The translations under genes and the position numbers were made by a program. Shown here piece after piece: positions 1-9,340 of a stretch of 64,000 nucleotides of DNA (position 1 is its first letter; every line of letters begins with the position of its first letter). The notes beneath the pieces were generated by a model. It did no database searches, was not told the DNA's origin, and was given only the letters and a program-made list of their open reading frames with translations. This stretch comes from an uncultured Coriobacteriia bacterium. Lineage in GTDB: Bacteria > Actinomycetota > Coriobacteriia > Anaerosomatales > JAAXUF01. Where the stretch lies: the NCBI GenBank assembly GCA_963803785.1, contig CAWDNM010000008.1, positions 35,411-99,410 of the forward strand, written 5' to 3'.

Positions 1-10
1 GAGCCGCGCG

Positions 11-1121
11 ATGAAGCCTGCCGTCGTCAAGGTCAACGCGACCAGTGCGGCCTACGAGGTGCTGATCGGCCCCGAGCTGCTCACGGACGTGGGCGAGCTT
101 GTTCGCCTTGTCGCGCCTGGCGCGCGCAACGTCGCGATCATCACCGACAACAACGTGGGCGACCTGTTCGGCCTTACAGTCGAGCGCAAGCTGATCGAGG
201 CGGGCATCGACGTGCACCCGCTCTCGGTCGCGGCAGGCGAGTCGTCGAAGAGCTGGGCAGTGGCGGGTGAGGTGCTCGAGGCGCTTGCCGAACTCAGGCT
301 CGATCGCGACGACCTGGTGCTCGCGCTCGGGGGCGGCGTCATCGGTGATCTCGCCGGGTTCGTGGCCGCGACCTACCTGCGGGGAATCAGCTTCGTCCAG
401 GTGCCGACGACGCTCCTTGCGCAGGTCGACTCGTCGGTCGGCGGCAAGACCGGTGTCGACCTTCGGGCGGGCAAGAACCTGGCTGGAGCGTTCAAGCAGC
501 CTTTGCTTGTGATCGCCGACACATCGACGCTGCAGCCTGCTTCCTGCGCCGGAATGGGCCAGCGGGTTGGCCGAAATCGCCAAAAGCGCAGTTGTAGACG
601 GTGAAGAGTTCTTCGGCTGGATGGAAGAGAACGCGGCGGCGCTCGTTGCGCGAGATGAGGCTGCCGTAAATGAGGCGATCAAGCGGTCCGTCGGGTTCAA
701 GTCGAGGGTAGTAACTGCCGATGAGACAGAAGCAGGACCACGCGAGTGCCTGAACTATGGTCACACGTTCGGTCATGCGCTTGAAAAGGTCTCTGGATAC
801 GGGTCCATTTCCCACGGAGTTGCCGTTGCTGAAGGCATGCGATTCGCTGCCAGACTCTCGGTTGAGGCAGGCTCCGCGAGCATGGAGCTGGTAGGGAGAC
901 AGGATAGGCTGCTGGACGCACTGGGGTTGCCGGCTTTGGAGACATGGCTTGAACCGCGTGCGCTCCATGAGGCAATGCACTCGGACAAGAAGGCGCGAGG
1001 TGGGAGTGTGCGATTCGTCTTGCTCGACGCTGCTGGTGTGTGGAGGTGCGAGCCGGTCGCCGACGCGATGATCGGAGAGCATGTCAAGGCTTGGGCTGAT
1101 TCAAAGAGCCAGGGATGCCCA
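11..1121 (+). CDS. aroB: 3-dehydroquinate synthase; reading frame switches from ORF 11..604 to ORF 567..1583 around nt 545-600 (apparent indel)
   Basis: N-terminal ORF 11..604 ([10 protein letters not shown]...[11 protein letters not shown]...[10 protein letters not shown]) and continuation in frame of 567..1583 ([11 protein letters not shown]...) carry the DHQ synthase motifs. Combined length is ~360 aa. The 3' end runs in frame into aroQ with no stop. Confidence 0.8.
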
Positions 1122-1583
1122 ATGAGGCGGATTCTGGTGCTCAACGGGCCCAATCTCAATCTCCTTGGCAGTCGCGAACCGGCTGTGTACGGATCTGTCG
1201 GTCTGGCAGCGATCGCGGAAGAGACGGGTGCGTTGGCAAGCGAGTTGGGTGTGGAGGTCGTGTTCGAGCAGAGTAACCACGAAGGTGAGCTGATCGACGT
1301 GCTGCATGCGGCACAGGGTACGTACGACGCGGTGGTCTTCAATCCGGGGGCCTGTACGCACTATTCGTACGCGCTGCGTGACGCTGTTGCCGCGATCGGC
1401 TTGCCGGTCGTCGAGGTGCATCTCTCGAACATCGCGGCACGGGAGAGCTTCCGGCACGAGAGCGTCATCGCGCCCGCGTGTGTCGGCCAGATCAGCGGAT
1501 TTGGAGCGAGACTCATACCTACTGGGTCTGCGCGCGGCCGTGGCGGCGTGCGGCTGACCCAGATGGCGAACGGTAGAGAATGA
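1122..1583 (+). CDS. aroQ: type II 3-dehydroquinate dehydratase
   Basis: ATG at 1122 begins [24 protein letters not shown]...[13 protein letters not shown], the signature of type II dehydroquinase. Ends TGA at 1583. Size is ~153 aa. Confidence 0.9.
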   Translation: MRRILVLNGPNLNLLGSREPAVYGSVGLAAIAEETGALASELGVEVVFEQSNHEGELIDVLHAAQGTYDAVVFNPGACTHYSYALRDAVAAIGLPVVEVHLSNIAARESFRHESVIAPACVGQISGFGARLIPTGSARGRGGVRLTQMANGRE

Positions 1584-1633
1584 AACCGGCGCGACATGCG
1601 CCGAGGACCAGAGGCGGCATAGGGAGTGGCACG

Positions 1634-3439
1634 ATGGTCGGGCTGAAGCGGTTGGTGCGAAGTGATTCGGGATTCACCGTAGTCGAGCTGGTGGTCGCTG
1701 CGGCGATTCTTTTCGTGGTTTCCACGGGCATCATGGGCGTGCTGGCCTACGCGAGTACGTCCAACGCATCCGACGCCAAGCACCAGATGGGCCTTGAGCT
1801 TGCCAACCAGCGCATGGAGCAGGCTCGCAACATGGACTACGACAAACTCGGGACCACCAACAACTACCCGATCGGCGACCATCATCACTCCCGAGACGGT
1901 CGTCGTTGTCCACGCCCGCTGGCAACTCGCACTTACGTAGTTGAGACCGAGGTCGACTACTCGGAGGACGTCACCGACCCCTCCTTGGGCGCCTCGAAGG
2001 ACATCCGCATCACCGTCTCGTGGACGACGCCCCGGCCCGGGAGCGTGACGGTCGAGTCGAACATCGCCGGCGCGCCGGCGGTCACGAACGCGGGCGCCGT
2101 GGAGATCCTGGTCCAAGACTCCGATACGAGCGACCCCGTCGCCGGAGCGGTAATCACCATCAAGCCCGCGGGAGGGTTTTCGGCTTCGAAGACGACCGGC
2201 TCCGATGGCTACGCCAGGTGGAAGCGGGTCGCGACCGGATCCATCATCATCACGGGCACCTGCTCGAACGCACTACCTCGACATGAGCCCTGTCGCGGCC
2301 GCCGTCATCAACAACAAGGAGACTCTCTCGGCGACCGTTCAGGGGGAGCGCGCCAGCAGTGGCACAATCCACGTCGTCGACCAGAATGGCAACGACCTTC
2401 CTGGCGTGGCAGTGACGATCAAGGGCCCCCTGGGATACGCCAACTGGAGTTGTCCGACCGCTGCAGGAGGCACCCTCGTATCCGATGCTAACGGCAACGT
2501 GGTCTTCCCTCTGCTGCGCAAAGGCAACCATACACGTCACCGGCGTACTGAGCGGCTACGCTGTTCAGGCCTCGCCGCCCGACCTGGCCGTGATCGCCGG
2601 AGGCGGCTCGTACACGAGCGCACTCAGGATGGACCAGAGGACCACCCTCAAGGTCACCGTGCTCGATGCGAGCAACAACCCGGTTCCGGGTGCGACCGTG
2701 ACCGCGACGGGTCCGAGCGCTGTCACGTTCGCCTCGGTCACCGACGCCAACGGCGTGGCAACCAGCAACGACATGGGCGCAATCGGTACCGGCAAGACGT
2801 ACTCCGTCACGGCCACGAAGGCCGGCTACGTCACCGGCCGGTGGTTCGGTCACGATGGACCAGTTCTCACAGGGGACCATCACGCTGGCACTGACGCCGC
2901 AACCGCCGACGACCATCAAGGTCACGGTTCGGGACGCCAGCAACAATCCGATTCCCGGCGTGACGCTGTCTGCGACAGGCCCAAGCGGCGTCACGTTCGC
3001 ATCGGTCACCGATGCAAGTGGCCAGGCGACGAGCAACGACATGGGCGCGATCGGCACCAGCAAGACGTACACGGTGACCGCCGCGAAGAGCGGCTGGACG
3101 CTCGAACACCGGCACGGTGACGCTGAGCCAGTACACGCAGGGCGCGGTGACGATCACGTTGTCCTCGGCGCCGGTGAACGGCACCTTGCTGGCCACGTAC
3201 ACGTCGAGCCTCACCTCATCGAAGACCATCTACGTCTACGCGAGCAACGTGGCCAACGGAACATCCATCGCGTCGAAGGTCGTCACGAGCGGCAGCCCGA
3301 CTGCGTCGTTCAGCCTTCCGGCAGGGACGTACTGGGTCAGCAGGCGAACCCCGTACGGCTCGTCCGGCGCACGTACCGGTGTCAGGTCGTCATCACGTCC
3401 GGCAACACCACGTCCGTCAACATCACGAGCAGCAACTAG
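1634..3439 (+). CDS. type IV pilin-like protein with class III (prepilin) signal, followed by >=4 tandem CarboxypepD_reg-like/Ig-like beta-sandwich repeats; fragmented over >=5 frames
   Basis: ATG 1634 after AGGGAG gives MVGLKRLVRSDSG|FTVVELVVAAAILFVVSTG. This is leader-G/F(+1)...E(+5), the prepilin peptidase cleavage and methylation motif. Downstream ORF fragments (2205..2894, 2485..3120, 2855..3439, 3117..) share the repeating unit TxKVTVxDASNNPxPGxTxxATGPSxVTFASVTDAxGxATSNDMGAIGTxKTYxVTAxKxGx. Confidence 0.6.
2641..3140 (+). repeat. two tandem ~235-250 nt coding repeat units (~80% nt identity) encoding duplicated beta-sandwich domains of the pilin-like protein
   Basis: The unit accaccctcaaggtcaccgtgctcgatgcgagcaacaacccggttccgggtgcgaccgtgacc...ggctacgtcaccggc is followed by accatcaaggtcacggttcgggacgccagcaacaatccgattcccggcgtgacgctgtct...ggctggacg. 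Protein-level units are near-identical. Confidence 0.7.
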
Positions 3440-3446
3440 GACAGCC

Positions 3447-4124
3447 ATGCCTTCAATCCGAGACGATAGCGGTATGACCCTCACAGAGCTCCTCGTCGTG
3501 ACCGTGCTGATCTCTGTCATCATCGCGGCGTCGTACTTCATGTTCACTGCCGCGCAGTCCATGAACGATATCGCCATGGCGCGCAGCAGTGCCACGGATG
3601 ACGCGCAGTCGGCGATCGACAAGATGACTCGTGAGTTCCGGCAGACGCAGGTCGACCGCACACCTGATGAGAACCCGGTCGGCGGCGTGTTCAAGCTTGC
3701 GAACGCGAACGAAGCGATCTTCATGAGCGACCTGAACGACGATCAGGTTCCTGAGCTGGTCCGCTACTACGTCGAGGGCGGGTCGCTGAAGCGCACGGTC
3801 GCGCCCGCACCAACACGCAGGCGCCGTTCACGTTCGGCGCGTACGCTGCGCCGACGATCCTCGTCAAGAAGCTCGGCACGTCTGCACAACCCGATCTTCT
3901 GCTATCACACCGAACGTGCGATCCGACCACCGTGCTGTGCGGCACGGACAGAGCACTGGCTTCGTCAAGGTGCCCACGAGCGCGGACCCATACAACACGA
4001 CGCCCGAAGATCGCCATGGTCGGAATCACTGCTGAACGTTCCCGGCACGTCGGGCTCGAAGACCGTCACGGTGACCACGCGGGCGCTCGTGCGGATGCGG
4101 ACGGTGGACAATGAAGTGGAGTAG
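3447..4124 (+). CDS. minor pilin / pseudopilin (GspJ/PilW-like) with prepilin signal; 2 apparent frameshifts in the 3' half
   Basis: ATG 3447 gives MPSIRDDSG|MTLTELLVVTVLISVIIAASYF (G-1, E+5). The middle section (~3800-4050) reads APTNTQAPFTFGAYAAPTILVKK... in another frame. The terminal ...GTSGSKTVTVTTRALVRMRTVDNEVE* returns to the 3117 frame and stops at 4124. Confidence 0.55.
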   Translation: MPSIRDDSGMTLTELLVVTVLISVIIAASYFMFTAAQSMNDIAMARSSATDDAQSAIDKMTREFRQTQVDRTPDENPVGGVFKLANANEAIFMSDLNDDQVPELVRYYVEGGSLKRTVAPAPTRRRRSRSARTLRRRSSSRSSARLHNPIFCYHTERAIRPPCCAARTEHWLRQGAHERGPIQHDARRSPWSESLLNVPGTSGSKTVTVTTRALVRMRTVDNEVE

Positions 4125-4165
4125 AGAGATGGACGAGAAGAGCTGCAGCCAATCGGCTCAGGCGC

Positions 4166-5516
4166 ATGCTGGCCAGCGACTCGGGCATGGCGCTCGCGAT
4201 CGTGATGCTCATGTCCGCGATCCTGTTCATACTCGCGACGACCGTGCTCATGCTGGTCGAGTATCGCGGGAGCCGGACCGAATCGGTCACCAAGCGCAAT
4301 CAGGCGATGCACATCGCCGATGCGGGCATCAACCAGTACATGTATCAGTTGAGCCAGAAGTACGACTTCTACCAGACGCACGGGGTCCTCGGACCCGTGC
4401 AGATGGATGATGGGGCACTACACGGTCACACCCAGCCTGACGCCGTCCGGGACGCTGCAGCTCACTTCGGTCGGGACGCTCAAGGACGGCTACTCGCGGA
4501 CAGTCAAGGCGACTGTCACCTTCCCGGGCTGGAACAAGTTCATCGTCTTGGTCGACGAGGGTCCGTACAGCATCGGTGCCGGCGCGACGTTCTACGGCGA
4601 CATCCACTGCAACGGTGGCATCAGCAACTCCGGAGTCGTCACGGGCAAGGCGACGGCCGGCCCAGGCAAGACATGCACGTGGAGCACGTCTCGAAGGCAG
4701 TCAACTATCCGGGCGGCGCTTGGAACGACCAGCCGACGGTCAACTTCGCGCAGCTGACGAATGACCTCGCCACGATGAAGGTCACGGCCCAGGCGGCCGG
4801 TGCGTACTACCCGCTGTCCGGCGCCCAGGGCTACAACGTCGTCCTCAACGGGCCCCAGGCGACGATCTACAAGGTCACGGACGTCGTCCACCAAGCCGTC
4901 GATCGCGACGACGACTGACGCCGTACGGCACGCTCACGCAGGTACTCTGGTCGGCACGGCGGCCATCCCGTCCGACGGCGTATTCTTCTTCGACGACAAC
5001 GTGTGGGTCACGGGCAACTACTCGGCCGAAGGTCACCATTGCGACGAGCAAGAGCGTCTGTGCCCGGGCAACCTGGTGCCGACCGTCGCGGGCTCGACCG
5101 CCACCTGCGGGCTCGTGGCGCGAGGCGACATCCTCTTCCCGTACTGGTACGAGATCGATGCCCGACGAACCAGATCGTGCAGGCCGCGCTGCTGTCTCAG
5201 ACGGGTGGCGTCGGTCCGTGACGGAACCCCGACGACCTCCGGCGGGCTGACATCCGCAGAAGTGGACGTGGACGAAGACCTCGAACACTCCGCCCCGACC
5301 GGCACGTGGGTCTGGAAGAGCAGCAACTACGTGCCGCCGCTCAAGGACTCGGTCACCATCAAGGGCGCGCGCGCGATGAAGCGGATGCTCGGTTTCTCGA
5401 CGGGCTACAACGTCCGCAACTTCGACAAGGACCCGGTGCTTGCGGCCAACCCGCCGCCCCTGTACCCGAAGCTCCCCGGCAAGAACCTCGGAGTGAGCAC
5501 GTGGGCCGAGTACTAG
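4166..5516 (+). CDS. PilX-like type IV pilus assembly/minor pilin protein (~450 aa) with N-terminal PilX_N-type hydrophobic segment; >=5 apparent frameshifts
   Basis: MLASDSG|MALAIVMLMSAILFILATTVLMLV matches the PilX N-terminal pattern. Fragments 4407..4757, 4166-frame (VEHVSKAVNYPGGAWNDQ...), 4800..5516 (…GTWVWKSSNYVPPLKDSVTIKG...STWAEY*) join into one long secreted protein. Stop at 5516. Confidence 0.5.
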
Positions 5517-5580
5517 GAGCCCGACTGTGAGCCAAGGCGTAGAATCCCTTCGAGGCACGTACCCTCGGAGGGATTCTGAT

Positions 5581-6677
5581 TTGAGTGCCACGAACCTGAG
5601 ACTCGCAGCGATTCGCGCGCAGCTGGCCGGACGCGGCGTGCGACGCCTGGTCGTCCGCGACGTCGCCAACGTGACGTACCTGAGCGCCTTCGATGACGTC
5701 TGGGACGACGAGCCGTACTCGCTGCTGCTACGTCACGCCGTCCGACGCGGTCGTGCTCACCGACAGCCGCTACCGGGAGTCGGCCGAGCTCGCTGCGAGC
5801 GGCACGCCGTGGCGGGTGATCGTGTGCGAGGGCGACCCCTGGGTCGCGGCACTGGCGCTGGCGGTCGAGGCCGACGTGACTCGCGCGTGGCGGTCGAGTC
5901 GTCAGCGCCCTACGGCGTCGTCGAGAAGGCGCGCTCGGGGTTCTCGGGAGAGATCGTGCCGATCGACGGACTGGGTCGAGGGACTTCGGGCCGTCAAGGA
6001 CGCCGCGGAGATCGCTCGGATCGTCTCGGCGCAGGCGATCACCGACGACGGCTTCGACCACATCCTCGGGTTCATCTCGCCAGGGCATGACTGAGACGCA
6101 GATCGCGCTCGAGCTGGAGTTCTACATGCGACGCACGGCTCGGAGGGCGTCGCGTTCGCTCCGATCGTCGCGAGCGGTCCGAACTCGGCGCGTCCGCACG
6201 CGCACCCGGGCTCGAGGCAGGTGCAGCGGGGCGACTTCCTGAAGATGGACTTCGGTGCGCGGGTCGGCGGCTACTGCTCGGACATGACGCGGACGGTGGT
6301 CGATCGGCACGGCGAGCGACGCGGCACCGCGAGATCTACGAGACGGTGCTGGCCGCGAACCTCGCCGGCATCGAGGCGGTCGGCCGGGACTGCCGGGCAA
6401 GGAGGTCGATGCTGCTGCGCGCGCGGTCATCGAGGCGCGCGGCTTCGGCGAGCACTTCAGGCACGGACTCGGCCACGGGGTCGGGCTCGAGGTGCACGAG
6501 CTGCCCGGACTCGGTGCGCGCAGCGAGCCGGAGCTCGCGATCGGCAACGTGGTGACCATCGAGCCGGGCATCTATGTCCCCGGGTTCGGCGGTGTTAGAA
6601 TCGAGGACTTAGTGGTGGTCGAGGAGGCAGGGGCACGCGTGCTCACCCGCTCGACCAAGGAACTCATCGAGTTGTAG
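5581..6677 (+). CDS. pepQ: Xaa-Pro aminopeptidase / M24 family peptidase; >=4 apparent frameshifts
   Basis: TTG 5581 after GGAGGG. The creatinase-N-like start is LSATNLRLAAIRAQLAGRGV..LVVRDVANVTYLSAF. M24 core motifs span several frames (DFGARVGGYCSDMTRT, HGLGHGVGLEVHELP, VVTIEPGIYVPGFGGVRIEDLVVV). Position after aroB-aroQ and before efp matches actinobacterial synteny. Confidence 0.8.
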
Positions 6678-6723
6678 CCGCCGCCTCGAGGCCGAGGCGC
6701 GACTGTGGAGAAGGAGAACGGCT

Positions 6724-7285
6724 GTGCCAGTCACTACTGCCCAGTTCAAGACCGGTATGTGCATCGTCCACGACAGCAAGCGCTGGTTGATCATCGACTT
6801 CCAGCACGTCAAGCCCGGCAAGGGCGGTGCGTTCGTGCGCACCAAGCTCAAGGAGCTGCAGTCCGGCCGCGTGGTCGAGTACACGTTCCGTGCGGGCGAG
6901 AAGTTCGACGACGTGCATCTCCAGAACCAGAAGATGCAGTATCTCTACAACGACGGCGACACCTACTACTTCATGGACAACACGTCCTACGAGCAGATCG
7001 AGCTCGGCGCAGGACTTCGTCGGCGAGTCTGCCAAGTGGCTCAAGGAGAACGACGAGGTCGAGGTCATGACCGCCGACGGCGAGTACCTCGGCGTCGAGC
7101 CGCCGATGTTCGTCGAGCTCGAGGTCATCGAGACCGACCCGGGCTTCAAGGGCGACACCGTCCAGGGCGGCACGAAGCCCGCCACGCTCGAGACCGGCGC
7201 GGTGGTGCAGGTCCCGATGTTCATCAACAACGGCGAGAAGCTTCGGATCGACACGCGCGACGGACGCTACATCACGCGCGTCTAG
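6724..7285 (+). CDS. efp: elongation factor P; one apparent frameshift near 7010-7030
   Basis: GTG 6724 after AAGGAGAA gives [45 protein letters not shown]. The C-terminal half in ORF 6827..7285 reads ...[26 protein letters not shown]. Confidence 0.9.
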
Positions 7286-7310
7286 CTGCGGAGCACAGAC
7301 TGACTTTCGC

Positions 7311-7347
7311 GAGAAGCCCGGCCAGCTGGTCGGGCTTCTCTCGTTCC
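7311..7347 (+). terminator. intrinsic terminator-like hairpin after efp
   Basis: gagaagcccg-gccagctggt-cgggcttctc forms a 10-bp perfect stem, followed by tcgttcc. An AT-rich TATATACT box lies downstream, ahead of the next gene. Confidence 0.5.
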
Positions 7348-7464
7348 GAGTGCCGCCTGCCCGCGCCTCGTATATACTTATCGTTCTACACGTGACCCGA
7401 CCGGCGCGCCTCGTTCCTGGAGTCTCGCGCCGGTGCTCGTTGACTGCACCCGCAAGGAGGGGCG

Positions 7465-9319
7465 ATGCGACCGGTCCGTATCACCGACACGACGCTGCGC
7501 GACGCGCACCAGTCGCTGTGGGCGACGCGCATGGAGGTCGGCGACATGCTGCCGATCCTGCCCAAGATGGACTCCGTCGGCTACTGGTCGCTCGAGGTCT
7601 GGGGCGGCGCGACGTTCGACTCGTGCCTGCGCTTCATGGACGAGAACCCGTGGGAGCGGCTGCGCACCATCAAGCAGCACTGTCCGCGCACGCCGCTGCA
7701 GATGCTGCTTCGCGGACAGAACCTCGTCGGCTACCACCACTACTCCGATGAGATCGTCACCCGGTTCGTCCACGCGAGCAAGCGCAACGGCATCGACGTC
7801 TTCCGCGTCTTCGACGCGCTCAACGACATCCGCAACGTCGTCGACGTCCGCCGAGGCCGTCAAGGAGTGCGGCGGGCTGTTCGAGGGCGCCATCTCCTAC
7901 ACGGTGAGCCCGGTGCACACGCTCGACGCCTACCTCGAGTACGCGCAGCAGCTCAAGGAGATCGGCGCCGACACCATCTGCATCAAGGACATGGCCGGCA
8001 TGCTCACGCCGTTCCGCACCGAGAAGATGGTCCGCGCGCTCAAGAACGAGATCGGCCTGCCGGTTCACGTGCACTGCCACTACATCGGCGGTATGGCGCC
8101 CATGAACTACGTCAAGGCCGCCGAGGCGGGCGCCGACATCGTCGACACCGCGGTCGTCGCGCTCGCCTTCGGCAACAGCCAGCCGGCGGTCGAGACGATC
8201 GTCGCTGCGCTCATGGAGTCGCCCTACGACACCGGCCTCGACCTCGACCTGCTCTTCGAGATCGCCGAGTACTGGGAGGACGTCCGCAAGAAGAAGAACC
8301 TCAAGCGCGGCATCACGACGCTGCTGTCGATGGAGGTCTTCAGCCACCAGGTTCCCGGCGGCATGATGAGCAACCTCGTCAGCCAGCTCGAGGTCCAGAA
8401 GGCCAAGGACCGGCTGCCCGACGTGCTCGCCGAGATTCCCAAGGTGCGCGCCGAGGTCGGCTATCCGCCGCTCGTCACGCCGCTCTCGCAGATCGTCGGC
8501 ACGCAGGCGGTCATCAACGTCCTGACCGGCAAGCGCTGGAACGATCGTGCCCGAGGAGATGAAGGACTACATCCGCGGCTACTACGGCAAGGCGCCGGGC
8601 CCGATGGACAAGGACATCGTCGCCAAGGTCCTCGGCGACGACCGAGCCGCTGGGCGCCGACATCCGGCCCGGCTCGCTCGTCACCACGACCTACGCCGAG
8701 GTCGAAGCCGAGATCGGCGACTTGGCCAAGAGCGAGGAGGACGTGCTCATGTACGCCCTCTTCCCGAACGAGGCCCGTACCTACCTGACCGCCCACCAGG
8801 AAGGCGCCGAGAAGGCCGTCTTCCTCATGAGTGAAGAGCTGCACACCGTCAAGGAGGACGATTCCGTGGACGTCAACCAGATTCGCGAGCTCATCAAGAT
8901 CGTCGAGGCCTCAGACATCTCCGAGATCGTCATCGAAGAGGGCGAGACTCGAGGTCTCCGTGCGCAAGGGCGGCTTCGCATCAGCCGCACCTGTGGCGGC
9001 GGCCGCCACCGCTGCTCCGGCAGCCGACGCTGCGCCTGCCGCCCCGGCGGCCCCGGCTGCCGGCGAGCGGCCCGCGACCTGGAAGACGGTCACCGCGCCG
9101 ATGGTCGGCACCTTCTACGAGGCGGCATCGCCCGGTTCTGCGGCGTTCGTGGCCGTGGGCGACACGTTCGCCGAGGGCGCGACGCTGTGCATCCTCGAGG
9201 CCATGAAGCTCATGAACGAGATCGTCGCCGAGGAAGCGGGCGTCGTGCGCGAGATCGCCGTCAAGAACGGCGACGCTGTCGAGTACGGCACCGTGCTCTT
9301 CTACTACGAGCCCGCCTAA
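7465..9319 (+). CDS. biotin-dependent carboxyltransferase subunit: HMGL-like (5S-type) carboxyltransferase domain + Ala/Pro-rich linker + C-terminal biotinyl (BCCP) domain (OadA/PycB-like); >=3 apparent frameshifts
   Basis: ATG 7465 gives [17 protein letters not shown]...GGATFD...; the second frame carries ...[12 protein letters not shown]...[29 protein letters not shown]; the PYC_OADA-like segment [17 protein letters not shown] is present. The linker is [27 protein letters not shown] and the biotinylation motif is EAMKLMNEI, ending YYEPA* at 9319. CT and BCCP parts are continuous in frame 8722 (no stop). Confidence 0.7.
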
Positions 9320-9340
9320 GCCGACCTCCGGAGGTCATCC

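Noticed and set aside
690-720. tRNA-like motif gggttcaagtc
   Set aside because: It lies inside the aroB coding sequence with no cloverleaf context. No tRNA, rRNA or tmRNA signatures were found anywhere in the window.
4111-4410. ORF 4111..4410 (MKWSREMDEKSCSQ...) as an alternative start for the PilX-like gene
   Set aside because: Its downstream sequence is Arg/His-rich off-frame material. The 4166 frame carries the hydrophobic PilX_N-like segment, so the 4166 ATG was preferred.
8722-9319. Separate stand-alone accB (BCCP) gene downstream of the carboxyltransferase
   Set aside because: The BCCP segment is continuous in frame with the carboxyltransferase C-terminus (…[27 protein letters not shown]…) with no stop, and is joined by an Ala/Pro linker typical of OadA/PycB. 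A single fused gene is more parsimonious, though an indel-masked stop cannot be excluded.
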